Part shown: piece by piece, positions 26,733 through 37,132 of the stretch
How positions within the stretch are numbered: the stretch's first letter is position 1
Layout of the letters: each line of letters starts with the position of its first letter
Assembly: GCF_058153355.1 (NCBI RefSeq)
Contig: NZ_CM177019.1
DNA: 64,000 bases
Strand: one strand, 5' to 3'
Translations under genes and position numbers: made by a program
The notes under the pieces: generated by a model
Told to the model about the DNA's origin: nothing
Databases searched by the model: none
The model's input: only the letters and a program-made list of their open reading frames with translations

Positions 26733-27575
26733 ATGCTCAGTTATCGCCACAGCTTTCACGCTGGCAACCACGCCGACGTTCTTAAACATACCGTTCAGAG
26801 CCTGATCATCGAGTCACTGAAAGAGAAAGATAAACCGTTTCTCTATCTGGATACCCACGCGGGTGCGGGGCGTTATCAGTTAGGCAGTGAACATGCCGAG
26901 CGTACCGGCGAATATCTCGAAGGTATCGCCCGTATCTGGCAGCAGGACGATCTGCCTGCGGAGCTGGAACCGTACATCAGCGTGGTGGAACATTTTAACC
27001 GTAGCGGGCAGTTACGTTACTACCCAGGTTCGCCGTTGATTGCTCGCCAGCTACTGCGCGAGCAGGACAGTCTGCAACTGACCGAGCTGCACCCGAGCGA
27101 TTTCCCGTTGCTGCGTGCTGAATTTCAGAAAGACAGCCGTGCGCGCGTGGAAAAAGCCGACGGTTTCCAGCAGCTTAAAGCCAAGCTGCCGCCGGTTTCT
27201 CGCCGTGGTTTAATCCTTATCGACCCGCCGTATGAAATGAAAACCGACTATCAGGCGGTGGTCAGCGGCATTAACGAGGGGTATAAACGTTTTGCCACAG
27301 GCGTCTACGCGCTGTGGTATCCAGTGGTGCTGCGTCAGCAAATCAAGCGCATGATCCACGATCTGGAAGCGACCGGTATTCGCAAGATTATGCAAATTGA
27401 ACTGGCGGTATTGCCAGACAGCGATCGCCGTGGCATGACCGCTTCCGGCATGATTGTGATTAACCCGCCGTGGAAGCTGGAACAGCAGATGAATAACGTG
27501 TTGCCGTGGTTGCATAGCAAACTGGTTCCGGCTGGCACCGGGCATGCCACCGTAAGCTGGATCGTGCCAGAGTAA
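26733..27575 (+). CDS. rlmJ: 23S rRNA m6A2030 methyltransferase RlmJ
   Basis: 280-aa product starting MLSYRHSFHAGNHADVLKH; contains DPPY motif. Confidence 0.85.
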   Translation: MLSYRHSFHAGNHADVLKHTVQSLIIESLKEKDKPFLYLDTHAGAGRYQLGSEHAERTGEYLEGIARIWQQDDLPAELEPYISVVEHFNRSGQLRYYPGSPLIARQLLREQDSLQLTELHPSDFPLLRAEFQKDSRARVEKADGFQQLKAKLPPVSRRGLILIDPPYEMKTDYQAVVSGINEGYKRFATGVYALWYPVVLRQQIKRMIHDLEATGIRKIMQIELAVLPDSDRRGMTASGMIVINPPWKLEQQMNNVLPWLHSKLVPAGTGHATVSWIVPE

Positions 27576-27646
27576 TTGCAGCCATTGCTGGCACCTATTA
27601 CGTCTCGCGCTACAATCGCGGTAATCAACGATAAGGACAATATGTC

Positions 27647-28999
27647 ATGACTAAACACTATGATTACATCGCCATCGGCGGCGGCAGCGGCGGTATCGCC
27701 TCCATCAACCGCGCGGCTATGTACGGTCAGAAATGCGCGCTGATTGAAGCCAAAGAACTGGGCGGCACCTGCGTGAATGTTGGCTGCGTGCCGAAAAAAG
27801 TGATGTGGCACGCGGCGCAAATCCGTGAAGCGATCCACATGTACGGCCCGGATTATGGTTTCGATACCACCATCAATAAGTTCAACTGGGAAACGTTGAT
27901 CGCCAGCCGTACCGCCTATATCGACCGTATTCATACCTCCTATGAAAACGTGCTCAGTAAAAATAACGTTGATGTAATCAAAGGCTTTGCCCGCTTCGTT
28001 GATGCCAAAACCATTGAAGTAAACGGCGAAACCATCACGGCCGATCATATCCTGATCGCCACCGGCGGTCGCCCGAGCCACCCGGATATTCCGGGCGTGG
28101 AATACGGTATTGATTCCGATGGCTTCTTCGCCCTTCCTGCTTTGCCAGAGCGTGTAGCGGTTGTTGGCGCGGGTTACATCGCCGTTGAACTGGCGGGTGT
28201 GATTAACGGCCTCGGCGCAAAGACGCATCTGTTTGTTCGTAAACATGCGCCGCTGCGCAGCTTCGACCCGATGATCTCTGAAACGCTGGTCGAAGTGATG
28301 AACGCCGAAGGTCCGCAGTTGCACACCAACGCCATCCCGAAAGCGGTCGTGAAAAATGCTGATGGCAGCCTGACGCTGGAGCTGGAAGATGGTCGCAGTG
28401 AAACGGTGGATTGCCTGATTTGGGCGATTGGTCGTGAGCCTGCCAATGACAACATTAACCTCGAAGCCGCTGGCGTAAAAACCAACGAAAAAGGCTATAT
28501 CGTCGTCGATAAATATCAAAATACCAGCGTTGAAGGTATTTACGCGGTGGGCGATAACACGGGCGCAGTGGAACTGACACCGGTGGCAGTTGCAGCAGGC
28601 CGCCGCCTCTCTGAACGCCTGTTTAATAACAAGCCGGATGAGCATCTGGATTACAGCAATATTCCGACCGTGGTCTTCAGCCATCCGCCGATTGGGACTG
28701 TTGGTTTAACGGAACCGCAGGCGCGCGAGCAATACGGCGACGATCAGGTGAAAGTGTATAAATCCTCTTTCACCGCGATGTATACCGCCGTCACCACTCA
28801 CCGCCAGCCGTGCCGCATGAAGCTGGTGTGCGTTGGACCGGAAGAGAAGATTGTCGGTATTCATGGCATTGGCTTTGGTATGGATGAAATGTTGCAGGGC
28901 TTCGCGGTGGCGCTGAAGATGGGCGCAACCAAAAAAGACTTCGACAATACCGTCGCCATTCACCCAACGGCGGCAGAAGAGTTCGTTACCATGCGTTAA
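27647..28999 (+). CDS. gor: Glutathione reductase
   Basis: 450-aa ORF with FAD-binding GGGSGG and redox-active disulfide [13 protein letters not shown]. Confidence 0.95.
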   Translation: MTKHYDYIAIGGGSGGIASINRAAMYGQKCALIEAKELGGTCVNVGCVPKKVMWHAAQIREAIHMYGPDYGFDTTINKFNWETLIASRTAYIDRIHTSYENVLSKNNVDVIKGFARFVDAKTIEVNGETITADHILIATGGRPSHPDIPGVEYGIDSDGFFALPALPERVAVVGAGYIAVELAGVINGLGAKTHLFVRKHAPLRSFDPMISETLVEVMNAEGPQLHTNAIPKAVVKNADGSLTLELEDGRSETVDCLIWAIGREPANDNINLEAAGVKTNEKGYIVVDKYQNTSVEGIYAVGDNTGAVELTPVAVAAGRRLSERLFNNKPDEHLDYSNIPTVVFSHPPIGTVGLTEPQAREQYGDDQVKVYKSSFTAMYTAVTTHRQPCRMKLVCVGPEEKIVGIHGIGFGMDEMLQGFAVALKMGATKKDFDNTVAIHPTAAEEFVTMR

Positions 29000-29052
29000 A
29001 TGTTAAAGGGCAAAGAGTGGTGTGCTCTTTGCCCTTAGTTACGTTTCCGCTA

Positions 29053-29136
29053 TCAGTTCAGAAGCTGAAGCAAGAAGCGGATCAGTTCCAGCAGCGCAAT
29101 TAACGCCCCAAGAACGATGATTGCTTTATCAATCAC
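29053..29136 (-). CDS. dinQ: Type I toxin DinQ (27-aa membrane peptide), GTG start
   Basis: Reverse strand translates to VIDKAIIVLGALIALLELIRFLLQLLN, a hydrophobic peptide; lies between gor and arsR as I recall for dinQ. Confidence 0.7.
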   Translation of the reverse strand: MIDKAIIVLGALIALLELIRFLLQLLN

Positions 29137-29213
29137 CCGTTTTCTCCATGCGATGGAGTGAGAATGCATCCGCTTACTCATCCACTGCCTGTCACGGCGC
29201 ATGCCTCATTGTT

Positions 29214-29244
29214 AGATGTGGGCAATCTCACTCCGGCCAGAGCA
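29214..29244 (+). repeat. agrA: agrA/agrB-type direct repeat, copy 1 (region encoding sRNAs antisense to dinQ mRNA)
   Basis: tagatgtgggcaatctcactccggccagagc is repeated at 29412; sRNA ends not determined. Confidence 0.5.
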
Positions 29245-29411
29245 TCAGTTAACGGCACCACCCGTACCACTGATCAGGTCTTTGAAAGCGTTTATGCGCA
29301 TTACCAGAGTGAAAATGCCTCAGAGCTAACTGGATAATCATACAGTGTAATTAGGCTAAATAACCAGCATAACCTTGCAATGTCTCTTTTAAGGTAATAG
29401 CATGGAAAAGT

Positions 29412-29491
29412 TAGATGTGGGCATTCTCACTCCAGCCAGAGCCACCAACTCAGGCCTGGAAAGTAAAAGACCGACGTAAGTCGGTTTTTTT
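29412..29491 (+). ncRNA. agrB: agrB-like sRNA region (repeat copy 2 plus intrinsic terminator)
   Basis: Repeat tagatgtgggcattctcactccagccagagcc followed by hairpin aaagaccgacgtaagtcggt and a T-run. Confidence 0.5.
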
Positions 29492-29643
29492 ACATCCGGA
29501 TTCAGACCTCCTTTCAAATGAATACCCAACTCAAAATTCACACCTATTACCTTCCTCTGCACTTACACATTCGTTAAAACATATATGTTTTTGACTTATC
29601 CGCTTCGAAGAGAGACACTACCTGCAACAATCAGGAGCGCAAT

Positions 29644-29997
29644 ATGTCATTTCTGTTACCCATCCAATTGTTCAAAATTCTTGCCGATGAAACCCGTCTG
29701 GGCATCGTTTTACTGCTCAGCGAACTGGGAGAGTTATGCGTCTGCGATCTCTGCACTGCCCTCGATCAGTCGCAGCCCAAGATCTCCCGCCATCTGGCAT
29801 TACTGCGTGAAAGTGGGCTATTGCTGGACCGCAAGCAAGGAAAGTGGGTTCATTACCGTTTATCGCCGCATATTCCAACATGGGCGGCGAAAATTATTGA
29901 GCAGGCCTGGCGATGCGAACAGGTAAAGGTTCAGGTGATTGTCCGTAACCTCGCCAGACAAAATTGTTCCGCAGACAGTAAGAATATTTGTAGTTAA
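29644..29997 (+). CDS. arsR: Arsenical resistance operon repressor ArsR
   Basis: 117-aa ORF with the metal-binding ELCVCDLC motif in the HTH region. Confidence 0.95.
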   Translation: MSFLLPIQLFKILADETRLGIVLLLSELGELCVCDLCTALDQSQPKISRHLALLRESGLLLDRKQGKWVHYRLSPHIPTWAAKIIEQAWRCEQVKVQVIVRNLARQNCSADSKNICS

Positions 29998-30051
29998 AAA
30001 ATTTATCTAAACACATATGAATATTCGAATGTGTTTTATCCAGGAGGCATG

Positions 30052-31341
30052 ATGTTACTGGCGGGCGCTATCTTTGTCCTGACCATCGTATTGGTTATCT
30101 GGCAGCCGAAAGGTTTAGGTATCGGCTGGAGTGCTACGCTCGGTGCGGTACTGGCATTAATGACGGGCGTGGTCCATCCGGGCGATATTCCGGTGGTGTG
30201 GAATATCGTCTGGAACGCGACGGCTGCGTTTATAGCCGTCATTATCATCAGCTTGCTGCTGGATGAGTCCGGCTTTTTTGAATGGGCGGCGCTGCACGTC
30301 TCACGCTGGGGCAATGGGCGCGGTCGCTTGCTGTTTACCTGGATTGTCCTGCTCGGTGCTACCGTTGCGGCCCTGTTTGCCAATGATGGCGCGGCGCTTA
30401 TTTTGACGCCGATTGTCATCGCCATGCTGCTGGCTTTAGGGTTCAGCAAAGGCACTACGCTGGCGTTTGTTATGGCGGCCGGATTCATTGCCGATACCGC
30501 CAGTCTGCCGCTTATTGTCTCTAACCTGGTGAATATCGTTTCCGCAGATTTCTTTGGCCTCGGCTTTCGCGAATACGCATCGGTGATGGTGCCGGTGGAT
30601 ATCGCTGCAATACTGGCTACCCTGGTGATGTTGCATCTCTATTTCCGCAAAGATATTCCGCAGAACTACGATATGGCGCTGCTGAAATCTCCCGCAGAAG
30701 CGATTAAAGATCCTGCCACCTTCAAAACTGGCTGGGTTGTTTTACTGTTTCTGCTGGTGGGATTTTTCGTCCTGGAACCGCTCGGCATTCCGGTAAGCGC
30801 CATTGCGGCAGTGGGCGCGCTGATATTATTTGCCGTCGCTAAACGCGGTCATGCAATTAATACGGGTAAAGTGCTGCGCGGTGCGCCCTGGCAGATTGTC
30901 ATCTTCTCGCTCGGCATGTATCTGGTGGTTTATGGCCTGCGCAATGCCGGGCTAACGGAATATCTTTCTGGCGTACTCAACGTACTGGCGGAAAACGGCC
31001 TGTGGGCCGCGACGCTCGGCACCGGATTCCTCACCGCCTTCCTCTCTTCTATTATGAACAATATGCCGACGGTACTGGTTGGCGCGTTGTCCATTGATGG
31101 CAGCACGGCATCTGGTGTCATCAAAGAAGCGATGGTTTATGCCAACGTGATTGGCTGCGATTTGGGACCGAAAATTACCCCAATTGGTAGCCTGGCAACG
31201 CTGCTCTGGCTGCACGTACTTTCGCAGAAGAATATGACTATCAGCTGGGGATATTACTTCCGTACAGGGATTATCATGACCCTGCCGGTGCTGTTTGTGA
31301 CGCTCGCCGCGCTGGCGCTTCGTCTCTCTTTCACATCGTAA
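30052..31341 (+). CDS. arsB: Arsenite/antimonite efflux pump ArsB
   Basis: 429-aa polytopic membrane protein from [19 protein letters not shown]. Confidence 0.9.
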   Translation: MLLAGAIFVLTIVLVIWQPKGLGIGWSATLGAVLALMTGVVHPGDIPVVWNIVWNATAAFIAVIIISLLLDESGFFEWAALHVSRWGNGRGRLLFTWIVLLGATVAALFANDGAALILTPIVIAMLLALGFSKGTTLAFVMAAGFIADTASLPLIVSNLVNIVSADFFGLGFREYASVMVPVDIAAILATLVMLHLYFRKDIPQNYDMALLKSPAEAIKDPATFKTGWVVLLFLLVGFFVLEPLGIPVSAIAAVGALILFAVAKRGHAINTGKVLRGAPWQIVIFSLGMYLVVYGLRNAGLTEYLSGVLNVLAENGLWAATLGTGFLTAFLSSIMNNMPTVLVGALSIDGSTASGVIKEAMVYANVIGCDLGPKITPIGSLATLLWLHVLSQKNMTISWGYYFRTGIIMTLPVLFVTLAALALRLSFTS

Positions 31342-31353
31342 TGAGATACTGAT

Positions 31354-31779
31354 ATGAGCAACATTACTATTTATCACAACCCGGCCTGCGGCACGTCGCG
31401 TAATACGCTGGAGATGATTCGCAACAGCGGTACAGAACCGACCATTATCTATTATCTGGAAACACCGCCCACACGCGATGAGCTGGTCAAACTCATTGCC
31501 GATATGGGGATTTACGTACGCGCGCTGTTGCGTAAAAACGTCGAGCCGTATGAGGAACTGGGCCTTGCAGAAGATAAATTTACTGACGATCGGTTAATCG
31601 ACTTTATGCTTCAGCACCCGATTCTGATTAATCGCCCGATTGTGGTGACGCCGCTGGGAACTCGCCTGTGCCGCCCTTCAGAAGTGGTGCTGGAAATTCT
31701 GCCAGATGCGCAACAAGGCGCGTTCACCAAGGAAGATGGCGAGAAAGTGGTTGATGAAGCGGGTAAACGGTTGAAATAA
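31354..31779 (+). CDS. arsC: Arsenate reductase ArsC (glutaredoxin-coupled)
   Basis: 141-aa ORF MSNITIYHNPACGTSRNTLEMIR with catalytic Cys in the NPACGTSR motif. Confidence 0.95.
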   Translation: MSNITIYHNPACGTSRNTLEMIRNSGTEPTIIYYLETPPTRDELVKLIADMGIYVRALLRKNVEPYEELGLAEDKFTDDRLIDFMLQHPILINRPIVVTPLGTRLCRPSEVVLEILPDAQQGAFTKEDGEKVVDEAGKRLK

Positions 31780-31782
31780 CTA

Positions 31783-31807
31783 AAGGGGGATATGCCCCCT
31801 TATTTGT
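31783..31807. terminator. Hairpin terminator shared by arsC and the convergent ArsR-family gene
   Basis: aaagggggatatgccccctt followed by tatttg. Confidence 0.6.
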
Positions 31808-32120
31808 TCTCCGCGGCTCCTTCGCCATCTGTTTTGCTGTTTACGCAGCACTCCTCACGTAAGAATTCAATTATCGCTTCCAGCATTGCGTATTGCGAAA
31901 CACACATCAGCGTCCGACTCTCACGGTTTTGTTTGACCAACCCTACCGATACCAGTGCTGAAATATGGTGACTGAGTGTAGAGCCGGGTATCCCAAGCTG
32001 CTTTTGCAACTCACCGACCGGCAACCCTTGTTCCCCCGCTTTGACCAGATGCTTAAATATGAACAAACGGGTCGGATGACCTAACTCTTTCAGTGCCTTA
32101 GCGACCTCTTCCAATTGCAT
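31800..32120 (-). CDS. ArsR/SmtB-family metalloregulator (second copy; C-terminal Cys pair)
   Basis: 106-aa ORF with a wHTH region (LPVGELQKQLGIPGSTLSHHISALVSVGLV) and C-terminal …REECCVNS; divergent from a permease gene. Confidence 0.75.
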   Translation of the reverse strand: MQLEEVAKALKELGHPTRLFIFKHLVKAGEQGLPVGELQKQLGIPGSTLSHHISALVSVGLVKQNRESRTLMCVSQYAMLEAIIEFLREECCVNSKTDGEGAAENK

Positions 32121-32215
32121 GTGTCACCCCCTCTGTCTGGTTGATATTTCGATAATACCAGAAATATCTTGATCTGAACTTCATTTCGATTATTCTGGAA
32201 ATATAGTTTTATTCA

Positions 32216-33229
32216 ATGAGGTTACTTATGAGTAGTTGGCTTGCGATGCTGCAAGATGCCGTAGAGATGTTTGTGTTTCTCGCCGTCGAGCTTTCTTTGC
32301 TGTTTATGGTGATTAGTGCCGGTGTCAGCCTGATAAGACAAAAGGTGCCAGACCATAAAATCCAGCAGATGATGGGGGCCAGAAAAGGGAGAGGCTATCT
32401 CCTGGCTGCTCTGTTGGGAGCCGTTACCCCGTTCTGTAGTTGCTCGACAATACCCATGCTACGTGGATTGTTGTCAGCGAAAGCCGGGTTTGGTCCGACT
32501 CTCACTTTTTTATTTGTTTCACCGTTACTTAATCCCATTATCGTCGGGTTAATGTGGGTGACCTTTGGTTGGAAAGTTACCTTGTTGTACGCGATTATCG
32601 CCGCCGGCGTCTCCGTACTTGCCAGTATTATCTTGGATTCTCTGAGATTTGAACGTCATATCATTGCCAGTAAAAGCTCATCAGCAAATTGTTGCTCTCC
32701 AGCCAAAACTTCGCCGGGGACGACATATACGCCAATAAAAGTGAGTTGCTGTAGTCCAGCGGCTAAAGCCATTGAGAAACCTGTAGTAAACTGTTGCAGT
32801 ACCAAAGCTGTGGTAAGTATTAATCCCATAAAACTAGCCACCAAAGATGCGTTGCAACAGTTTAAAGATGTACTGCCATATCTTTTGTTAGGGGTATTAA
32901 TAGGCTCTTTTATTTATGGCTTTATTCCCTCAGAGTGGATTGCCGCTCATGCAGGGGCAGATAATCCCTTCGCCATCCCATTGAGCGCCGTTGTCGGAAT
33001 CCCGCTGTATATCCGGGCAGAGGCGGTTATCCCTCTGGCATCTGTTCTGATGACAAAAGGAATGGGTCTGGGAGCATTAATGGCATTAATCATCGGCAGT
33101 GCCGGCGCAAGTCTGACAGAAGTGATATTACTTAAATCAATGTTCAGAATACCGATGATAGTTGCATTCCTGACGGTTATCTTAGGTATGGCTATCTTGA
33201 TGGGCTATTTGACTCAAATGCTATTTTAA
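32216..33229 (+). CDS. arsP: ArsP-like organoarsenical efflux permease with a Cys-rich loop
   Basis: 337-aa membrane protein containing TPFCSCSTIP, which I recall as the ArsP signature; internal Cys-rich segment with three CC dipeptides (NCCSPAK…SCCSPAAK…NCCSTKA). Confidence 0.7.
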   Translation: MRLLMSSWLAMLQDAVEMFVFLAVELSLLFMVISAGVSLIRQKVPDHKIQQMMGARKGRGYLLAALLGAVTPFCSCSTIPMLRGLLSAKAGFGPTLTFLFVSPLLNPIIVGLMWVTFGWKVTLLYAIIAAGVSVLASIILDSLRFERHIIASKSSSANCCSPAKTSPGTTYTPIKVSCCSPAAKAIEKPVVNCCSTKAVVSINPIKLATKDALQQFKDVLPYLLLGVLIGSFIYGFIPSEWIAAHAGADNPFAIPLSAVVGIPLYIRAEAVIPLASVLMTKGMGLGALMALIIGSAGASLTEVILLKSMFRIPMIVAFLTVILGMAILMGYLTQMLF

Positions 33230-33339
33230 ATAGATGCCAGCAGTAAACTATAAGGGTAAGCGTCTTATCAGGACCGTCTGGCAAATTCCCGATGCTTTGG
33301 ACAAAGTATCCACCACTAAATTAATAGTGGGTGATAAAA

Positions 33340-33374
33340 ATGTCAGATATACAAAAAAATGCCTCTCCGGGAAG
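33340..33374 (+). pseudogene. IS66-family tnpA (orf1), 5' fragment split by the IS4 insertion
   Basis: ATG at 33340 reads MSDIQKNASPGK then IS4 begins; the frame resumes at 34801 (…SPGRPKGCLNYPPEFKQRL…). Confidence 0.7.
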
Positions 33375-34800
33375 TAATGCCGATCAGTTAAGGATCAGTT
33401 GACCGATCCAGTGGCTGTGTAAGAATCCGGAAACGCTCACTTGTTTCCGGATTTTTTTATGCACATTGGACAGGCTCTTGATCTGGTATCCCGTTACGAT
33501 TCTCTGCGTAACCCACTGACTTCTCTGGGGGATTACCTCGACCCCGAACTCATCTCTCGTTGCCTTGCCGAATCAGGTACTGTAACGCTACGCAAGCGCC
33601 GTCTTCCCCTCGAAATGATGGTCTGGTGTATTGTTGGCATGGCGCTTGAGCGTAAAGAACCTCTTCACCAGATTGTGAATCGCCTGGACATCATGCTGCC
33701 GGGCAATCGCCCCTTCGTTGCCCCCAGTGCCGTTATTCAGGCCCGCCAGCGCCTGGGAAGTGAGGCTGTCCGCCGCGTGTTCACGAAAACAGCGCAGCTC
33801 TGGCATAACGCCACGCCGCATCCGCACTGGTGCGGCCTGACCCTGCTGGCCATCGATGGTGTGTTCTGGCGCACACCGGATACACCAGAGAACGATGCAG
33901 CCTTCCCCCGCCAGACACATGCCGGGAACCCGGCGCTCTACCCGCAGGTCAAAATGGTCTGCCAGATGGAACTGACCAGCCATCTGCTGACGGCTGCAGC
34001 CTTCGGCACGATGAAGAACAGCGAAAATGAGCTTGCTGAGCAACTTATAGAACAAACCGGCGATAACACTCTGACGTTAATGGATAAAGGTTATTACTCA
34101 CTGGGACTGTTAAATGCCTGGAGCCTGGCGGGAGAACACCGCCACTGGATGATACCTCTCAGAAAGGGAGCGCAATATGAAGAGATCAGAAAACTGGGTA
34201 AAGGCGATCATCTGGTGAAGCTGAAAACCAGCCCGCAGGCACGAAAAAAGTGGCCGGGACTGGGAAATGAAGTGACAGCCCGCCTGCTGACCGTGACGCG
34301 CAAAGGAAAAGTCTGCCATCTGCTGACGTCGATGACGGACGCCATGCGCTTCCCCGGAGGAGAAATGGCGGATCTGTACAGTCATCGCTGGGAAATCGAA
34401 CTGGGATACAGGGAGATAAAACAGACGATGCAACTGAGCAGGCTGACGCTGAGAAGTAAAAAGCCGGAGCTTGTGGAGCAAGAGCTGTGGGGTGTCTTAC
34501 TGGCTTATAATCTGGTGAGATATCAGATGATTAAAATGGCGGAACATCTGAAAGGTTACTGGCCGAATCAACTGAGTTTCTCAGAATCATGCGGAATGGT
34601 GATGAGAATGCTGATGACATTGCAGGGCGCTTCACCGGGACGTATACCGGAGCTGATGCGCGATCTTGCAAGTATGGGACAACTTGTGAAATTACCGACA
34701 AGAAGGGAAAGGGCCTTCCCGAGAGTGGTAAAGGAGAGGCCCTGGAAATACCCCACAGCCCCGAAAAAGAGCCAGTCAGTTGCTTAACTGACTGGCATTA
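33375..34800 (+). mobile_element. IS4 (1426 bp) nested inside the IS66-family element
   Basis: Terminal sequences TAATGCCGATCAG… and …CTGACTGGCATTA; 12-bp target duplication CTCTCCGGGAAG at 33363-33374 and 34801-34812; length matches the 1426 bp I recall for IS4. Confidence 0.9.
33459..34787 (+). CDS. insG: IS4 transposase InsG
   Basis: 442-aa product from [16 protein letters not shown]…; DDE transposase. Confidence 0.9.
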   Translation: MHIGQALDLVSRYDSLRNPLTSLGDYLDPELISRCLAESGTVTLRKRRLPLEMMVWCIVGMALERKEPLHQIVNRLDIMLPGNRPFVAPSAVIQARQRLGSEAVRRVFTKTAQLWHNATPHPHWCGLTLLAIDGVFWRTPDTPENDAAFPRQTHAGNPALYPQVKMVCQMELTSHLLTAAAFGTMKNSENELAEQLIEQTGDNTLTLMDKGYYSLGLLNAWSLAGEHRHWMIPLRKGAQYEEIRKLGKGDHLVKLKTSPQARKKWPGLGNEVTARLLTVTRKGKVCHLLTSMTDAMRFPGGEMADLYSHRWEIELGYREIKQTMQLSRLTLRSKKPELVEQELWGVLLAYNLVRYQMIKMAEHLKGYWPNQLSFSESCGMVMRMLMTLQGASPGRIPELMRDLASMGQLVKLPTRRERAFPRVVKERPWKYPTAPKKSQSVA

Positions 34801-35197
34801 CTCTCCGGGAAGGCCTAAAGGGTGCCTGAATTATCCTCCTGAATTCAAACAACGACTCATAGAAGCATCATTCCAGCCAGGTGTTTCAATTTCCAGACTG
34901 GCCCTGGACAATGGTATTAATGCCAATCTGTTGTTCAAATGGCGTCAGAAATGGCGGCAGGGGAAGATAAAATTGCCATCATCAGAATCAGGCAGAGAAT
35001 CTCAGTTAATTCCTGTCACTATTGATGCCCAACTCCCAACTGCTCCGGCTAATGAGCCACTGACCGCAAGACCGTCAGTAACACCGGAAATACACAGCAT
35101 CTCCTGTGAGATTACGTTCAGAAACGGCACCCTTCGGTTGAACGGGGCAGTGAATGAAAATCTGCTGTCCTTGCTTATACAGGAGCTGAGACGGTGA
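34801..35197 (+). pseudogene. IS66-family tnpA (orf1), 3' portion downstream of the IS4 insertion
   Basis: Same frame as the 5' fragment; joined product is about 143 aa; stop overlaps tnpB start. Confidence 0.7.
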
Positions 35198-35541
35198 TAT
35201 CTCTCCCTGCAGGTTCGCGTATCTGGCTGGTTGCAGGTATCACCGATATGCGAAATGGCTTTAACGGCCTGGCCTCAAAAGTTCAGAACGTCCTGAAGGA
35301 TGACCCGTTCTCCGGGCATCTGTTCATCTTCCGCGGACGCCGGGGTGACCAGATAAAAGTGTTGTGGGCTGACAGTGACGGACTGTGCCTCTTCACCAGA
35401 CGCCTGGAGCGGGGCCGCTTCGTCTGGCCGGTCACCCGTGACGGCAAGGTGCACCTTACTCCGGCCCAGTTATCCATGCTTCTTGAGGGCATCGACTGGA
35501 AACACCCGAAACGAACGGAACGCGCTGGCATCCGCATATAA
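35194..35541 (+). CDS. IS66-family TnpB (orf2)
   Basis: 115-aa ORF (MISLPAGSRIWLVAGITDMRNGFNGLA…), typical of IS66 orf2. Confidence 0.85.
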   Translation: MISLPAGSRIWLVAGITDMRNGFNGLASKVQNVLKDDPFSGHLFIFRGRRGDQIKVLWADSDGLCLFTRRLERGRFVWPVTRDGKVHLTPAQLSMLLEGIDWKHPKRTERAGIRI

Positions 35542-35560
35542 CCCGTTGTAAAGTGAGGAT

Positions 35561-37132
35561 ATGGACACCTCACTTGCTCATGAGAATGCCCGCCTGCGGG
35601 CACTGTTGCAGACGCAACAGGACACCATCCGCCAGATGGCGAAATACAACCGCCTGCTCTCACAGCGGGTGGCGGCTTATGCTTCCGAAATCAACCGGCT
35701 GAAGGCGCTGGTTGCAAAACTGCAGCGCATGCAGTTCGGTAAAAGCTCAGAAAAACTTCGTGCAAAAACCGAACGGCAGATACAGGAAGCACAGGAGCGA
35801 ATCAGCGCTCTTCAGGAAGAAATGGCGGAAACGCTGGGTGAGCAATATGACCCGGTACTGCCATCTCCCCTGCGCCAGTCTTCAGCCCGTAAACCGTTAC
35901 CTGCCTCACTTCCCCGTGAAACCCGGGTCATCCGTCCGGAAGAGGAATGCTGCCCGGCCTGTGGTGGCGAACTCAGTTCTCTGGGATGTGATGTGTCAGA
36001 GCAACTGGAGCTTATCAGCAGCGCCTTTAAGGTTATCGAAACACAACGTCCGAAACTGGCCTGTTGCCGGTGCGACCATATCGTGCAGGCTCCGGTGCCT
36101 TCAAAACCCATTGCACGCAGTTATGCCGGAGCGGGGCTTCTGGCCCATGTTGTCGCTGGAAAATATGCAGACCATCTGCCGTTATACCGCCAGTCAGAAA
36201 TATACCGTCGTCAGGGCGTGGAGCTGAGCCGTGCCACACTGGGGCGCTGGACAGGTGCTGTTGCTGAACTGCTGGAACCGCTGTATGACATCCTGCGCCA
36301 GTATGTGCTGATGCCCGGTAAAGTCCATGCCGATGATATCCCCGTTCCGGTCCAGGAGCCGGGCAGCGGTAAAACAAGGACTGCCCGGCTGTGGGTCTAC
36401 GTTCGTGATGACCGTAACGCCGGTTCGGAAATGCCTCCGGCGGTCTGGTTCGCGTACAGCCCGGACCGGAAAGGTATCCATCCACAGAATCATCTGGCCG
36501 GTTACAGCGGAGTGCTTCAGGCCGATGCTTACGGTGGTTACCGGGCGTTGTACGAATCCGGCAGAATAACGGAAGCCGCATGTATGGCTCATGCCCGGAG
36601 AAAAATCCACGATGTGCATGCAAGAGTGCCCACCGACATCACCACGGAAGCCCTGCAGCGTATCGGTGAACTGTATGCCATCGAGGCAGAGGTCCGGGGC
36701 TGTTCAGCAGAACAGCGTCTGGCGGCAAGAAAAGCCAGAGCCGCGCCACTGATGCAGTCACTGTATGACTGGATACAGCAACAGATGAAAACACTGTCGC
36801 GTCACTCGGACACGGCAAAAGCGTTCGCATACCTGCTGAAACAGTGGGATGCACTGAACGTGTACTGCAGTAATGGCTGGGTGGAAATCGACAACAACAT
36901 CGCAGAGAACGCCTTACGGGGAGTGGCCGTAGGCCGGAAAAACTGGCTCTTCGCGGGTTCTGACAGCGGTGGTGAACATGCTGCGGTGTTGTACTCGCTG
37001 ATCGGCACATGCCGTCTGAACAATGTGGAGCCAGAAAAGTGGCTGCGTTACGTCATTGAACATATCCAGGACTGGCCGGCAAACCGGGTACGCGATCTGT
37101 TGCCCTGGAAAGTTGATCTGAGCTCTCAGTAA
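35561..37132 (+). CDS. IS66-family transposase TnpC (orf3)
   Basis: 523-aa ORF with an N-terminal leucine-zipper-like region, a CxxC…CxxC zinc-finger-like segment (CPACGG…CCRCDH) and a DDE domain. Confidence 0.85.
   Translation: MDTSLAHENARLRALLQTQQDTIRQMAKYNRLLSQRVAAYASEINRLKALVAKLQRMQFGKSSEKLRAKTERQIQEAQERISALQEEMAETLGEQYDPVLPSPLRQSSARKPLPASLPRETRVIRPEEECCPACGGELSSLGCDVSEQLELISSAFKVIETQRPKLACCRCDHIVQAPVPSKPIARSYAGAGLLAHVVAGKYADHLPLYRQSEIYRRQGVELSRATLGRWTGAVAELLEPLYDILRQYVLMPGKVHADDIPVPVQEPGSGKTRTARLWVYVRDDRNAGSEMPPAVWFAYSPDRKGIHPQNHLAGYSGVLQADAYGGYRALYESGRITEAACMAHARRKIHDVHARVPTDITTEALQRIGELYAIEAEVRGCSAEQRLAARKARAAPLMQSLYDWIQQQMKTLSRHSDTAKAFAYLLKQWDALNVYCSNGWVEIDNNIAENALRGVAVGRKNWLFAGSDSGGEHAAVLYSLIGTCRLNNVEPEKWLRYVIEHIQDWPANRVRDLLPWKVDLSSQ

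Noticed and set aside
29214-29443. Two direct repeats that could be mistaken for a minimal CRISPR-like array
   Set aside because: Only two copies, separated by about 170 bp of non-spacer-like sequence, and no cas genes; consistent with the agrA/agrB duplication at the dinQ locus.
34589-35197. 202-aa ORF spanning the IS4 right end into IS66 tnpA
   Set aside because: Artefact of reading through the IS4/IS66 junction; the real tnpA begins at 33340 upstream of the IS4 insertion and is split by it.
36033-36623. 196-aa and 141-aa antisense ORFs inside IS66 tnpC
   Set aside because: Fully embedded antisense to a well-supported transposase gene; the GC-rich sequence produces long spurious frames.
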